This document shows positions 9,718-20,900 of a DNA stretch of 64,000 nucleotides, one piece after another (the stretch's first letter is position 1; every line of letters starts with the position of its first letter). The notes beneath the pieces are model-generated. The model had not been told where the DNA came from and made no database searches. It saw only the letters and a program-made list of their open reading frames with translations. A program made the translations under genes and the position numbers. The stretch comes from a virus, in the IMG/VR virus record IMGVR_UViG_3300006916_000044, positions 1-64,000 of that record. One strand, 5' to 3'.

Positions 9718-12700
9718 ATGGCTAAAAAGCAGCAAAAAAATACAGGTAAAAAAACAGCTCCATCTCAGAAGACTGATATGATAAACACTAACATGTTTAT
9801 CAAAGGTATGAATAAAGATACTGACTCAAGTTATTTTGATAAACAAAGCTGGTATCATGCCCGTAATTTAATAAATAATTCTATTGATGGAGATCTTGGT
9901 GTTGTTGGTAATGAGCCAGCAAATTTAAGATGTGCAGAAATTCCTTATACTATTATAGGAGGTATTCATTTATATGGAGATAAATGGGTTATATATTCTA
10001 CTAATGATACATTAAGTGAAATAGGTTTATTTGATGACAGCAAGTGTGAATACACAATGTTAGTAAATGATCCTTGTCTTAATTTCAATAAAGATAATTT
10101 AATTATAGGTGCAGCTAAAGAAAACTTTGATTGTACTTGGCAAGTATATTGGGATGATGGATTAAATCCTTCTAGAACATTAAACATTGATAATATACCA
10201 TATGTGCAAGTTGTTGATCCAAATACACCTGCAGGATCTTCATGTATAAATTATATAAATGTTGAACCATTACAATTAGATTGTGAAAAAATTAGATTAG
10301 CTCCATTAATTGATATACCATGCATTGAATTAGAAAAAGCAGATCAAGGAGGTTTATTAGAAAATGGTAGTTATCAAGTATATGCTGCATATTGTATAAA
10401 CGATAGACCTGTAACAGATTATTTAGGTATTTCTAATATTCAACCTATTTGGTCTAGAGAAGATACACAAGGTTCTTTAACAATAAAACTTTCTAATTTA
10501 GATACAGAATTTGAACAAATTAGTATTGTTGTTAGATCTAGAATAAAAGGTCAAGCTACTAATACAAAACTAGGAATTTATAGTACTCAAACTCAAACAA
10601 TAAATATTGATTATATAAATCCTGAACTTCCTAAATTATTATCTAGTGAACTACAAAGAAGAATTCCAACATATGAGAAATCTGATGGAATGTTTGTTGT
10701 TAATGATTATTTAATTAGGTCACAACCAACAGAACAATTTGATTTTAATTATCAACCTTTAGCTAATAATATTCAAACATATTGGACTTCTACAGCTTAT
10801 CCTTCTGCTTATTATAGAAATGGTGGTAACAAACCTACACTACTTAGAGATGAGCAATATGCTTTCTTTATAAGATTTGTATATAATACAGGAGAAAAAT
10901 CTAAATCATATCATATTCCTGGTAGAGCTCCAACAGCTGCTGATCAAGTTGCTGTAGCTGGTGCTGGAAATAATTTTGATAATTCACCATTATGGAGAGC
11001 AGGTAATACTGCTACACAAACTCCTGGTGATCCTTTTGTAGCTTCTTTGATAGGAACTACAACAGATGATGGAGGAACAATTACAAATGGTGGTCAAATG
11101 GGTTATTGGGAATCTACAGAAGTATATTCTCCAACTGATCCTGTAAGATGGGCTAATTTATGTGGTTTACCTATTAGACATCATAAAATACCTGATGAAA
11201 GCACTGGTTTTGTAGGAACATCATTATTAAATCCACTTTCTGAAACTATTAATATTCTTGGTGTTGCATTTAATAATATTGCACCACCTTTAGATAATGA
11301 TGGTAATGTAATACCAAACATTATTGGTTATGAAATATTAGTTGGTAGTAGAGCTGGTAATAGATCCATTCTAGCTAAAGGTATTATTAAAAACATGTTT
11401 AGGTTCAGAAGAACTCAAAGTGATGGAACTGCTCCAGGTAATGGAGCTACTAATGCTGCTTCACAATCAACTGGTACTGGATTAATGCCAAACTATCCTT
11501 ATAATGATGTAAGAACTGATCCTTATTTAGTTGGTAGAGATAGCAATAATCAAACACAATTACCTTGGTATGCTCAATTTGCAACACCACCAGAAAATAA
11601 CTGGCATAGAGGTAATATGCCACAAGCAGATGGAACAGGTTTAGCATTTGTTGATCCATTTGCACATACTTTTCATTCACCTGAATTAAATTTTTCTAAG
11701 TTATATTTAAATCCTACTGAAGTTAAAATTTATAAAGTTAATAGTGCTAATGTGGTAGGTAGATTTAAAAAATCTGAAGATCATCCAAAAGCAAAACTAT
11801 TAAAAAATAGAGCAGCAACAATTGCTGCATTAGTAGGTGTTGGTTATGCATTAAATGAAATGCGTGGTAAAAGAGATTATAAAATTGATACCATGCGTTC
11901 TAATTCTGTTGGTGAATTTGGAGCTTATGCTGTTGGATCAGGTACACACATGTCACCATTTATTGGTCCTGGTACAGCACAAGCTGCTGGTAACGTTGGT
12001 GTGTCAAGTGGTTCTCTTTGGATTGGAGCAGCAGCAGATTTAGCTTTTAATAGTGCTGTAGATATTGCTGCTATATTTGGTGCAGGTAAATTAGCAAGAA
12101 CAGTAGGTACACCTATTTACCAACAAGTTGAACTTGCATCTTCTGCACTTGCAGCAGGACACTTAGGACCAAGAAGAGAAGTTGTATATAACGGTAGTGA
12201 TTTTTCATCAGTACCATCAATTATGTCAATAGCTATTGGTATAATTTCATTTTTAAATTATGTTGCAGTAGGTGGTGATAAGATTATTGATTTAATTATG
12301 AATCTTATTGGCTTCCAAGATTATGCAATGAAGTATATATCACATGGATATTATAATCAAGAAATAGCTTATCAAGGTGTACAATTTAGAAATCAAATTC
12401 AAAGAGCTAGATATATTAAAAGTGCATTACAATCTTTTGATGGTGTAGATGTAATTCAAAATAATTTAAGACCATCAACTGTTGTATTTAGAACTGTAGA
12501 TAATTGGGTTTCATCAAGACCAGATGTAAATGGATTAATAGATGATACTAAATTTACAATAGGTTCACAATGTGCAGGTAATGGAACAAGTAGTATGAGC
12601 TGGTATAATCCAGGAGAAGAAGTTGAGTCAACTGCATTTGCAAACTACGGTGCTTTTAAAACTTTAATGGATAATCAATATGGTCAACTAGACAGTATTA

Positions 12701-15700
12701 TTCAACTTACTACACAAAATTGTTATTATTTTAGAGATCAACAAAATATAGATACAGATGGAAATTTAATTCCAATTACACCAATAGATAGTTTTAGTAC
12801 AGATACAGTATATGCAGGTGATTCTTATGTAACAAGATATACTGAAAAAACAATAATGCCATTTTTCTTTACTTTTTTAAAAGAAGGAAGAGATGGTATT
12901 CCATTTGATTATTCTAAATATGCAAACGTACCTTTTCCTAGATTTTGGATGAATACGGAAAAATTCCGTATGGATCAATTTGTAAGACCAATAACAACTT
13001 TAAGTTTTAATTGGAGTAATACTGAGGCATTACCTTCTGGGTATTATAATATGGATTGTCCAGAAAATGGAGGATATTGTGGTGCAACTCAATCTATAGC
13101 ATTTGGTGAAGGCGCATTAGCAGGATCAATTTTGCAAGATGGAACTACAAGTAATAATAATAGTACTGTAACTAATAATGGTACTGGTCTTCCTGGTGCT
13201 CCAGCACTTGGTGGTGGTCCTGCATTTACAGATTTAGCAGATCCATGGAATCAAGCAAATAATAATGCAGCATGGAATAATAGATTTTTAGTTGTAAATG
13301 TGGGTACTAATCTTGACGAAGTTCCTTATACTATAAGTATGAATTCTAATAATACAGAATGGACAATTTTAGGAGCAACTAGCGATACTGTAACATTTAC
13401 CCCTGATCCAAGTATAGCAACTATTTCAAATCCAGTTACAGTAAATCCAATGTTTGATTTAACAATATCTGATCATGGATATGCTGTTCCTTTGAATGCT
13501 GGAAATAATCCACAACCTAATCCAAGCGGATGTCCTGCAATTGGTTTTGTAGAATTTGTTGCAGAAGATTGTGATTTACCATTTGTACCTTCTACATTTT
13601 CTGGTGAAGGTACAGTAACTAATTCAAGATATTTATTTGATTGGTCAACTGGTCTTATTGTTGGAATGACAAATTTAGCTCCAGGTTCATATGCTTCTGA
13701 TAGTACAGCTGTGGTTCCTGGTCAAAATCCTGGTGATCCAATTAATGTTAATGATATAATTAATAATTTTTCTCAATTTAATTTTTCTAGTGATCCAGTT
13801 AGTGGTCAAATATCAAATTGTGGTAGTGGTTGTGGTACATCTACTTTACCAACTAATGCATTTCAAGTAGTAAATGGAGCTAACACATCAGGAGATGTTC
13901 AAGCTGGAGGTCCAGGTAATATTGATACAATAGTTGATGATGCTCAAAGTGCTGGAGAAAATTCTGGTTTTGCTGCAGGTAATACACAAATAAACAACTC
14001 TAATGCTACAGGAGGTTTATTTGTAATTAAAACAGGATTCATGTATACTCACAATTGTGGTATAAATGATTTTTGGGTTGAGTCATCAATGAATCTTGCA
14101 TTTAGAGATTATGAAGATGTACCAAGAAAACAACATTATGATGATGAAAATTATACAGACCTTGTAGAATTATTTCATACTAAAATTGTAAACTTTGATA
14201 ATTATTATTTTTATGATAGATCAACATCAGTAGATAAATTCTGGGGTTCATCTTGGGGACATATTCAAGAAAGTTATTATGATCCTATTGTTGCTGAGAC
14301 ATGTTTTATTAAATATCCTAAAAGATTATTATATTCAATTCCAGCTACCGGATTTAAAGATAAAGCACAATTACAAAGTAAGAATGATGCTAAACAAGAT
14401 TTTTGGAGAGTTTATTTAACTGAAAATTTTAGAGATTTTAAAGATAAAGTAACTACTATTAAACCAATAAATGAAACGGGTGCGTTAATATTTTTCCCAA
14501 CAATGTCTCCTAAATTGTTTCAAGGACAAGATAGATTACAATTATCTAATACAAAACTTACAATTGGTGACGGAGGATTATTTAGTCAAGCTTTTCAAAA
14601 TATAACAAACTCAGATATATCACATGAATATGGATCTTCAGAAAGTGCAAGAAGTGTTTTAAATACACCATCTGGTATTTATTTTGTTTCACAAGCACAA
14701 GGTAAAATATTTAATTATAAACCTGGTGGAGGATTAACACCTATATCTGATATAGGCATGAAGTGGTGGATGAATAAATTTTTACCATCAAAACTGTTAG
14801 AATACTTCCCTTTAATAGAAGATTGTCCTCAAGCAGTAGACAACCCTGTAAATGGTGCAGGTGTACAAACTGTATATGATCCAAATAATGATATAGTATA
14901 TTTCTGTAAAAAAGATTACTTACCATTACCACAGTATCAAGGTAATGAATGTATCCAATATATTCCTTGTGAAGGATTTGTTTATAATGCTACATTATGT
15001 GAAGGATTAGATCAAGTTCCTTCATGCCCTGATGGATACACATTAATACAAGATCCAGTAACAGGACAAAATGTATGCCAGTTAATGTATACTACACCAC
15101 CAATTCTTACACAAACAATAGATTATAATTATGGTGCTGCAATTGGTATAGGTACAGCTGCTGGACTTGCTCCTATAGGTAATAGTAGATTTGGTAGAGA
15201 TTGGCCAATTGTTATTGATAATGTTGCAGTTGATGGAATGCCCTTTGATCAAGCTGATCCTAGTACATGGCATTATATAACCGATAATGGAAATAATACT
15301 TTTTGGAGAAATTCTCCAGCTAATAATATGAATGGTATTGTTAACAGATTAATGCGTGGTGCTAATAATACTCCTGCAGGTCCATTTGCAACAGTAGAAT
15401 TTCAAATTAATATTCCTATTAGTAAAGTTGTACATCTTTTAGCAGCAGCAGATAATGGATTTTCAATTGATATAGATACTGGTGGAGGTTATACTACATT
15501 TGTAAATCCTGTTGATGCTACTTTATTTGGAGCTGTTACTAATGGAGGTGGTATATGGAACCCTCAAGCAGTTGCAGGTGGAAACTTTGCTTGGTTAAGT
15601 GGTGATCAACAAGAAGCATCTCAATATTCTAAAGCTTGGATATATAAATTAGAGCTACCTCAAGGATGTACAAAATTTAGAATGACAGGTACTAATGCTG

Positions 15701-17988
15701 GTTTATTAGCATCTCTTGCTGGTCTTGCTGCTGCAGTTATTGATGTTGAAGATTGGAATGATATACAAAACGCTACTTCATGGGAAGAATTACCTAAAAT
15801 ATGGGATTCAGAAAATTTTGATTTTATAGTACCAAATAGTTTAGAAGGTTTTACATGTAGTGAAGGATTCCAACAATTTACAGATGGTACTGATGGTAGT
15901 ACAGAAGCTTGTCCAGTATGTAGAGAAGAAGTTATAAGATATGATTGTGAATGTGAAGTTGATCAAACATCTGGAATACCAGGAGTTTTATTTGGCATAT
16001 GTCCAGTTGGTACAGATGGTGATGTTGGTAGTTCATATTGTCAATATGAAGCATATGAAGATGTAACACTATTAGATCAAACATTCCCAATAGAAGTACA
16101 AAACGAAAACTATTTTAAAGATATTTCATGGACATTAAGTTATGATCCAAAAGCAAAAGCTTGGTTATCATTCCATGATTGGCATCCTGAATTAGCATTT
16201 AATAGCATAAGACATTTTTTAACTTCAAAAACAGAAACAACTGATGTACCACAATGTCCTCCAGGTTATACTTGGAACGGTCAAGAATGTTGTTTGCAAT
16301 TAAATCATGAAGAATTAGCAGAAGTAACTGTAGATGAATTCATATCTCAATTAGAATTTGTTGATGCTACTGTAAATACTTGGGGTGAAACAGTTGATGT
16401 TGCTATTGTAATTGATGATTCAGGATCTACAACTCCAACACCAATGCCATCTCAATTAGCATTTGTTGAAGAATTTATAAATGGTATGACTCCAGGTATG
16501 TCTACTGGTGCAAATGTAGTAAGAATTAGTCATGGTAGATGGTCTACTAATAATGCTGTTGTACAAGCAATGACAAATGTTGCTGCTACAGCAATAACAA
16601 GTTTAGGTTTACCAGTAGGTGCTGGTGGTGGTACAATTCCTTATCCAGGTACTGGAGGTGGTACAAATTATAATCAAGCAGTTGCACTAGCTAATACTTT
16701 ATTAACAGGTAGTACTGCAGATAAAAGAATTGTATTATTTATAACTGATGCTACTCAAAATTCTCCAGCAAATCCAAATGATTTTACAAATGCAACTCAA
16801 TGTATTGCGGTATTTGCTAATGATGATGCAGTAGAATTAGCATGTAATAATTATGATGGTAACTTAAATACAATGATAACAGCAACTGGTTTAGCTGCTC
16901 CTCATAATGTTGCTACATGTGTTCCAACAGGTAATACTCCTCGTAATATGTATCATGTAGGTGGTCAAATACCTTCAGGTCAACCAGGATCTTTTGATTC
17001 AGTTGCAAATAATATTGTAAATGATTTAACAAATTGTAATTGTCCATCTGGTACAGTATTAGATACTAGTCCTGCAAATAATCCTTGTGAACCTGCACCA
17101 GCACCAGCTCCTAATTGCATTAGTTGCTCATGTCCAAGCGGATATACAATGATAGGTGATTGTAATAATTCAAATGAACCTCCTGTATGTAGAAAAATGA
17201 ATTGTGAATGTGAGTCACCATATTTTAATAATGATGAGACACTAACAACAACTGGTCAATGTGATGATATATATTTATACTATAATGAATTAACAGGTAT
17301 AGGAGATCCATCATATGTAAATAATGATCCATTATTCTGTCAATATGAATATATAGATTGTGTTCCTGCTAATTATGAAAACGGGTATTTCTGGAAACAT
17401 AATGTAAGAACAGATTTATTTAATAATTACTATGATAAAAATTATCCATGGGAAGTAGATATTATAGAACAAACTGGCCAAACAGTTACAACTCTTAGAA
17501 GTGTTGAATATCAAATGGAAGCATATTTATATCAGAATGAAGGTAAAGATAGATTCCATGATTTAGATTACAATTTTGATGAAGCTGTTATTTATAACTC
17601 TGAACAAGTATCAGGATTATTAGAATTAGTTTTAGAACCTAAAAATAATGTTCAGTTATCAATGTTATATCCTATTGTTGGACCAAACAGTATACAAACA
17701 TTATTTAGTAAAGTAGAACAAAAATATAGATTTAATCAATTTTTTGATGTAACAAATGATAGAGGTGAGTTTAGTGCTGCTACAAATACAATTTGGCAAA
17801 CAGATTGGGATGGATATGTTAGAACATTGAATCCAGCTAATTTAGATTATAATAAACCTCAACATCAAAGAAAAAAGTTTAGACATTACTTTAATCATGT
17901 ATTATTAAGAAAATCTGATGAAGCTGCTACAACAAGAAAAATGTTATTAAAATTAGAAAATACTAAATTAAATATATCTTTTAGATAA
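9718..17988 (+). CDS. Tail stabilisation/muzzle protein (P22 gp10-like) with inserted lectin-like and VWA domains
   Basis: FIKGMNKD start, LLRDEQYAFFIRF, GDSYVTRY, ISDIGMKWW and SWTLSYDP..WLSFHDWHP resemble crAss-like stabilisation proteins. VWA MIDAS motif DDSGS at ~16414. Confidence 0.75.
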   Translation: MAKKQQKNTGKKTAPSQKTDMINTNMFIKGMNKDTDSSYFDKQSWYHARNLINNSIDGDLGVVGNEPANLRCAEIPYTIIGGIHLYGDKWVIYSTNDTLSEIGLFDDSKCEYTMLVNDPCLNFNKDNLIIGAAKENFDCTWQVYWDDGLNPSRTLNIDNIPYVQVVDPNTPAGSSCINYINVEPLQLDCEKIRLAPLIDIPCIELEKADQGGLLENGSYQVYAAYCINDRPVTDYLGISNIQPIWSREDTQGSLTIKLSNLDTEFEQISIVVRSRIKGQATNTKLGIYSTQTQTINIDYINPELPKLLSSELQRRIPTYEKSDGMFVVNDYLIRSQPTEQFDFNYQPLANNIQTYWTSTAYPSAYYRNGGNKPTLLRDEQYAFFIRFVYNTGEKSKSYHIPGRAPTAADQVAVAGAGNNFDNSPLWRAGNTATQTPGDPFVASLIGTTTDDGGTITNGGQMGYWESTEVYSPTDPVRWANLCGLPIRHHKIPDESTGFVGTSLLNPLSETINILGVAFNNIAPPLDNDGNVIPNIIGYEILVGSRAGNRSILAKGIIKNMFRFRRTQSDGTAPGNGATNAASQSTGTGLMPNYPYNDVRTDPYLVGRDSNNQTQLPWYAQFATPPENNWHRGNMPQADGTGLAFVDPFAHTFHSPELNFSKLYLNPTEVKIYKVNSANVVGRFKKSEDHPKAKLLKNRAATIAALVGVGYALNEMRGKRDYKIDTMRSNSVGEFGAYAVGSGTHMSPFIGPGTAQAAGNVGVSSGSLWIGAAADLAFNSAVDIAAIFGAGKLARTVGTPIYQQVELASSALAAGHLGPRREVVYNGSDFSSVPSIMSIAIGIISFLNYVAVGGDKIIDLIMNLIGFQDYAMKYISHGYYNQEIAYQGVQFRNQIQRARYIKSALQSFDGVDVIQNNLRPSTVVFRTVDNWVSSRPDVNGLIDDTKFTIGSQCAGNGTSSMSWYNPGEEVESTAFANYGAFKTLMDNQYGQLDSIIQLTTQNCYYFRDQQNIDTDGNLIPITPIDSFSTDTVYAGDSYVTRYTEKTIMPFFFTFLKEGRDGIPFDYSKYANVPFPRFWMNTEKFRMDQFVRPITTLSFNWSNTEALPSGYYNMDCPENGGYCGATQSIAFGEGALAGSILQDGTTSNNNSTVTNNGTGLPGAPALGGGPAFTDLADPWNQANNNAAWNNRFLVVNVGTNLDEVPYTISMNSNNTEWTILGATSDTVTFTPDPSIATISNPVTVNPMFDLTISDHGYAVPLNAGNNPQPNPSGCPAIGFVEFVAEDCDLPFVPSTFSGEGTVTNSRYLFDWSTGLIVGMTNLAPGSYASDSTAVVPGQNPGDPINVNDIINNFSQFNFSSDPVSGQISNCGSGCGTSTLPTNAFQVVNGANTSGDVQAGGPGNIDTIVDDAQSAGENSGFAAGNTQINNSNATGGLFVIKTGFMYTHNCGINDFWVESSMNLAFRDYEDVPRKQHYDDENYTDLVELFHTKIVNFDNYYFYDRSTSVDKFWGSSWGHIQESYYDPIVAETCFIKYPKRLLYSIPATGFKDKAQLQSKNDAKQDFWRVYLTENFRDFKDKVTTIKPINETGALIFFPTMSPKLFQGQDRLQLSNTKLTIGDGGLFSQAFQNITNSDISHEYGSSESARSVLNTPSGIYFVSQAQGKIFNYKPGGGLTPISDIGMKWWMNKFLPSKLLEYFPLIEDCPQAVDNPVNGAGVQTVYDPNNDIVYFCKKDYLPLPQYQGNECIQYIPCEGFVYNATLCEGLDQVPSCPDGYTLIQDPVTGQNVCQLMYTTPPILTQTIDYNYGAAIGIGTAAGLAPIGNSRFGRDWPIVIDNVAVDGMPFDQADPSTWHYITDNGNNTFWRNSPANNMNGIVNRLMRGANNTPAGPFATVEFQINIPISKVVHLLAAADNGFSIDIDTGGGYTTFVNPVDATLFGAVTNGGGIWNPQAVAGGNFAWLSGDQQEASQYSKAWIYKLELPQGCTKFRMTGTNAGLLASLAGLAAAVIDVEDWNDIQNATSWEELPKIWDSENFDFIVPNSLEGFTCSEGFQQFTDGTDGSTEACPVCREEVIRYDCECEVDQTSGIPGVLFGICPVGTDGDVGSSYCQYEAYEDVTLLDQTFPIEVQNENYFKDISWTLSYDPKAKAWLSFHDWHPELAFNSIRHFLTSKTETTDVPQCPPGYTWNGQECCLQLNHEELAEVTVDEFISQLEFVDATVNTWGETVDVAIVIDDSGSTTPTPMPSQLAFVEEFINGMTPGMSTGANVVRISHGRWSTNNAVVQAMTNVAATAITSLGLPVGAGGGTIPYPGTGGGTNYNQAVALANTLLTGSTADKRIVLFITDATQNSPANPNDFTNATQCIAVFANDDAVELACNNYDGNLNTMITATGLAAPHNVATCVPTGNTPRNMYHVGGQIPSGQPGSFDSVANNIVNDLTNCNCPSGTVLDTSPANNPCEPAPAPAPNCISCSCPSGYTMIGDCNNSNEPPVCRKMNCECESPYFNNDETLTTTGQCDDIYLYYNELTGIGDPSYVNNDPLFCQYEYIDCVPANYENGYFWKHNVRTDLFNNYYDKNYPWEVDIIEQTGQTVTTLRSVEYQMEAYLYQNEGKDRFHDLDYNFDEAVIYNSEQVSGLLELVLEPKNNVQLSMLYPIVGPNSIQTLFSKVEQKYRFNQFFDVTNDRGEFSAATNTIWQTDWDGYVRTLNPANLDYNKPQHQRKKFRHYFNHVLLRKSDEAATTRKMLLKLENTKLNISFR

Positions 17989-20900
17989 TGAAATATAGCA
18001 AAGACGGATATAAAAGAAATAGTAAGGATAGAAATAATCCTTTTAATATAATACCATCAGGTAATATAACTATGAAAGGTGTAGACTTTCCTGTATTTGG
18101 TATGGATAACTTAGGTTATAGTAAAATTATGATGCCAGGTACTAATTATATATTTCCTGGTAGTTCTGTTTTTGAAGTTCCATTAGCAAGAGTTGGTATA
18201 GAATTACCAATATATCAAAATAAAGGAGAAGTTAATCTAGCTGAAAAATATAAATATATACCATCACAATTCTTTACTGTACCAGAAGGAGAGTTTACAT
18301 ATGATTGGACAAATAGAGATGGCACAAAAGAAACTAGAACCGGTGTTTATAATCCACAATGGTTTGAAGCAGGTTTTGAAGATTCAGATGCTTATTATGC
18401 TTTAAGTGATGATGAAAAAATTAATTTTGCTAATAATCCATATATAGATCAATACTCTGGTGATATGCTTCATCCTCTATTGTGGGATGAAGAAAATTTA
18501 GAAAAAGAAAATAAAAAAAGATTTCTTCATGGATTATATCAAAAAATGTATACTAAACAAGATGACGGTAGTTACATTTTAAATCCAGAATATGAAACTG
18601 CACTAGGTGATGCTAGGTATCTTACTACAACAGATGTTCCTTATGCAGATATTCCAGATGAAGGAGTATTTTCTAGTACATTAGCTGCTGATCCAAATAA
18701 TGAAATGTGGTATAAAGAGTTAAAACCAGAGCTTTATACTGAAGGTAAAACAATGACAGGATACGCATGGGATGAAGATAGTCAAGAATATGTATATACA
18801 CCAGATATGACATATAAAGATTTTCTAAAACAGTACAAATACATTAAAGATATGCCTGGAATGGAAGGTATTTCTAGAAGAGATTATAAAAAAAGATTAC
18901 AACAAGGAGATATATATTGGCCTCAACTTCAAAGTCCAACGCAAATAGCTCAATTTGATCAGCAATATAAATCAATAATGAATCCAATTAAAAAGGAGGA
19001 TATAGAATTACAAAAAGAATTTTTTGATAATGCTATAAGTGGAGATTTATATAAACAAAAATTAATTGATCAGGGTTATGAAAATGTTGATGAAATCATA
19101 AACATGAGAAAAAATGCTTTAGCTAATTCTAATGTAATGTATGATCAAGACTCTTCATCTTATTTAGATGAAGCTTATGATCGTGATCCTAATTTAATTC
19201 AAAAAATTCTTGATAAAGTATCTTTCTTAAATGATCAGTATAAAGAGTCAGGTATAGATTATGATTATAAAGATGTGTTTTTTGCAAATCCTTATTATAC
19301 AAGAATAGGTGAAGAAAGAACAGATGCAGATTATGATTATGATAGCATAAAAGCAAGAAATAATGCTGAACCAAATATATATACTGATGATCAATGGGGA
19401 GCTATAATACAATCACAATATGGCCATACAGATGTTCCAGCATTTAGAAATCTGAGTAAACAAATAATGCAAGGTGAAACAGGTAGTAGAACTTATACAT
19501 CAGGATCAAGACAAGGAGATGTTGTATTAGATCCAAGACAAATTCAAGGTTTAAATATAGATATGGGCTTTGAAGGAACTTCCCCTCAATTAAAACAACA
19601 ATTACAAAATGTATTAGCTCATGAGTTAGGTCATCAAATGGGTTCTAGTAGAAATGATATAGATTATAATTTAAATGAAAATGATTATAATTATATACAA
19701 GACAGAATGAATGTTTCTGATGATGCAAGTTCTCATGATCAATCTGTATATGAAAGAAAAGCAGATTTAGAAGCTTTAAGATATGATATGTATAGAACTA
19801 TTGGATATGATTATAGTAAAGATGTTTTAACTCCTGAAGTACTTGAACAATATAAACAATACATTAAAGATAATCCTAGTCCAAATTTACCAACTGAAAG
19901 AATGTTTCAGTTTTTTAATGATGAAGATATTATAGATATTAATAATACTGTAGCACAAAATTATGAAATAGGTGATGACATTTCTGATAATCTTAATTTA
20001 TATTTTGATTTACCTTTAACACAAGCTAAATATGGAACAGAAGATTTTGATGGAAAATTATCTAAATTACAAGATAAAATTAATGTTTATTTAAATGACC
20101 CAAGTGGAAGAGCAAAAGCTTTTTCTGACAGTGATGAAGAATTAACAAACATTGATAATTTAAGACATGCAATGGCAGGTAGATATACTGCTGAAGAACT
20201 TCAAAATTTAGTAAAAGCAATTCCTTATGGAATTGGTAATATCTTAGATACTACAGGTGTTGACAAATTATTTGGATTTTTAGGTTCTAATGCACTTGGT
20301 GTAGGTCATGAACTTAGTACATTAGTTAAAGATGAAAGACCTTTTTTAGCAGCTCTTCAAGAAAGTGGAGAAGATGTTTTTAATAATTTTGTTGGATCAA
20401 TAGTTGGTTCAACAGACGTAAGTTCTGAAAAAAAAGATAATATACTACGTTATCTTTCAGATAATAATCTTTTACCTGATGGATATGTACAAACTGATCC
20501 AGATTTTTCAGAAAATGTATATTGGAAAAATGAAGATGGTTCTATAAAAAAACCTAATTTTAAAAGTTATAAAGATGGTGGTGAAAATGATGAAGACACT
20601 CTAGCTTATTCTAGACTTTTAAAAAGATTTATACCAAGTGCTGCTGTTCTTGCAAAAAATCCTTTACTAACATTTGCAGCATCAATGCTTTATCCTAAAG
20701 GTGCAGGAAAAGGTTCAACTTTACAAACGCCTTCTTTAGAACAACAATATCAAAATTATTTAAATACTACTACTCCTGAAGAAAGAGTAAAAAATGAATT
20801 ACAATATGAACTAATGACAGGTAGACCTTTTTATTTTAATCCTATACCAATATCAAATATTAAAGAACACGGAGGTGAACATAGTGGTTTTGATTGGAAA

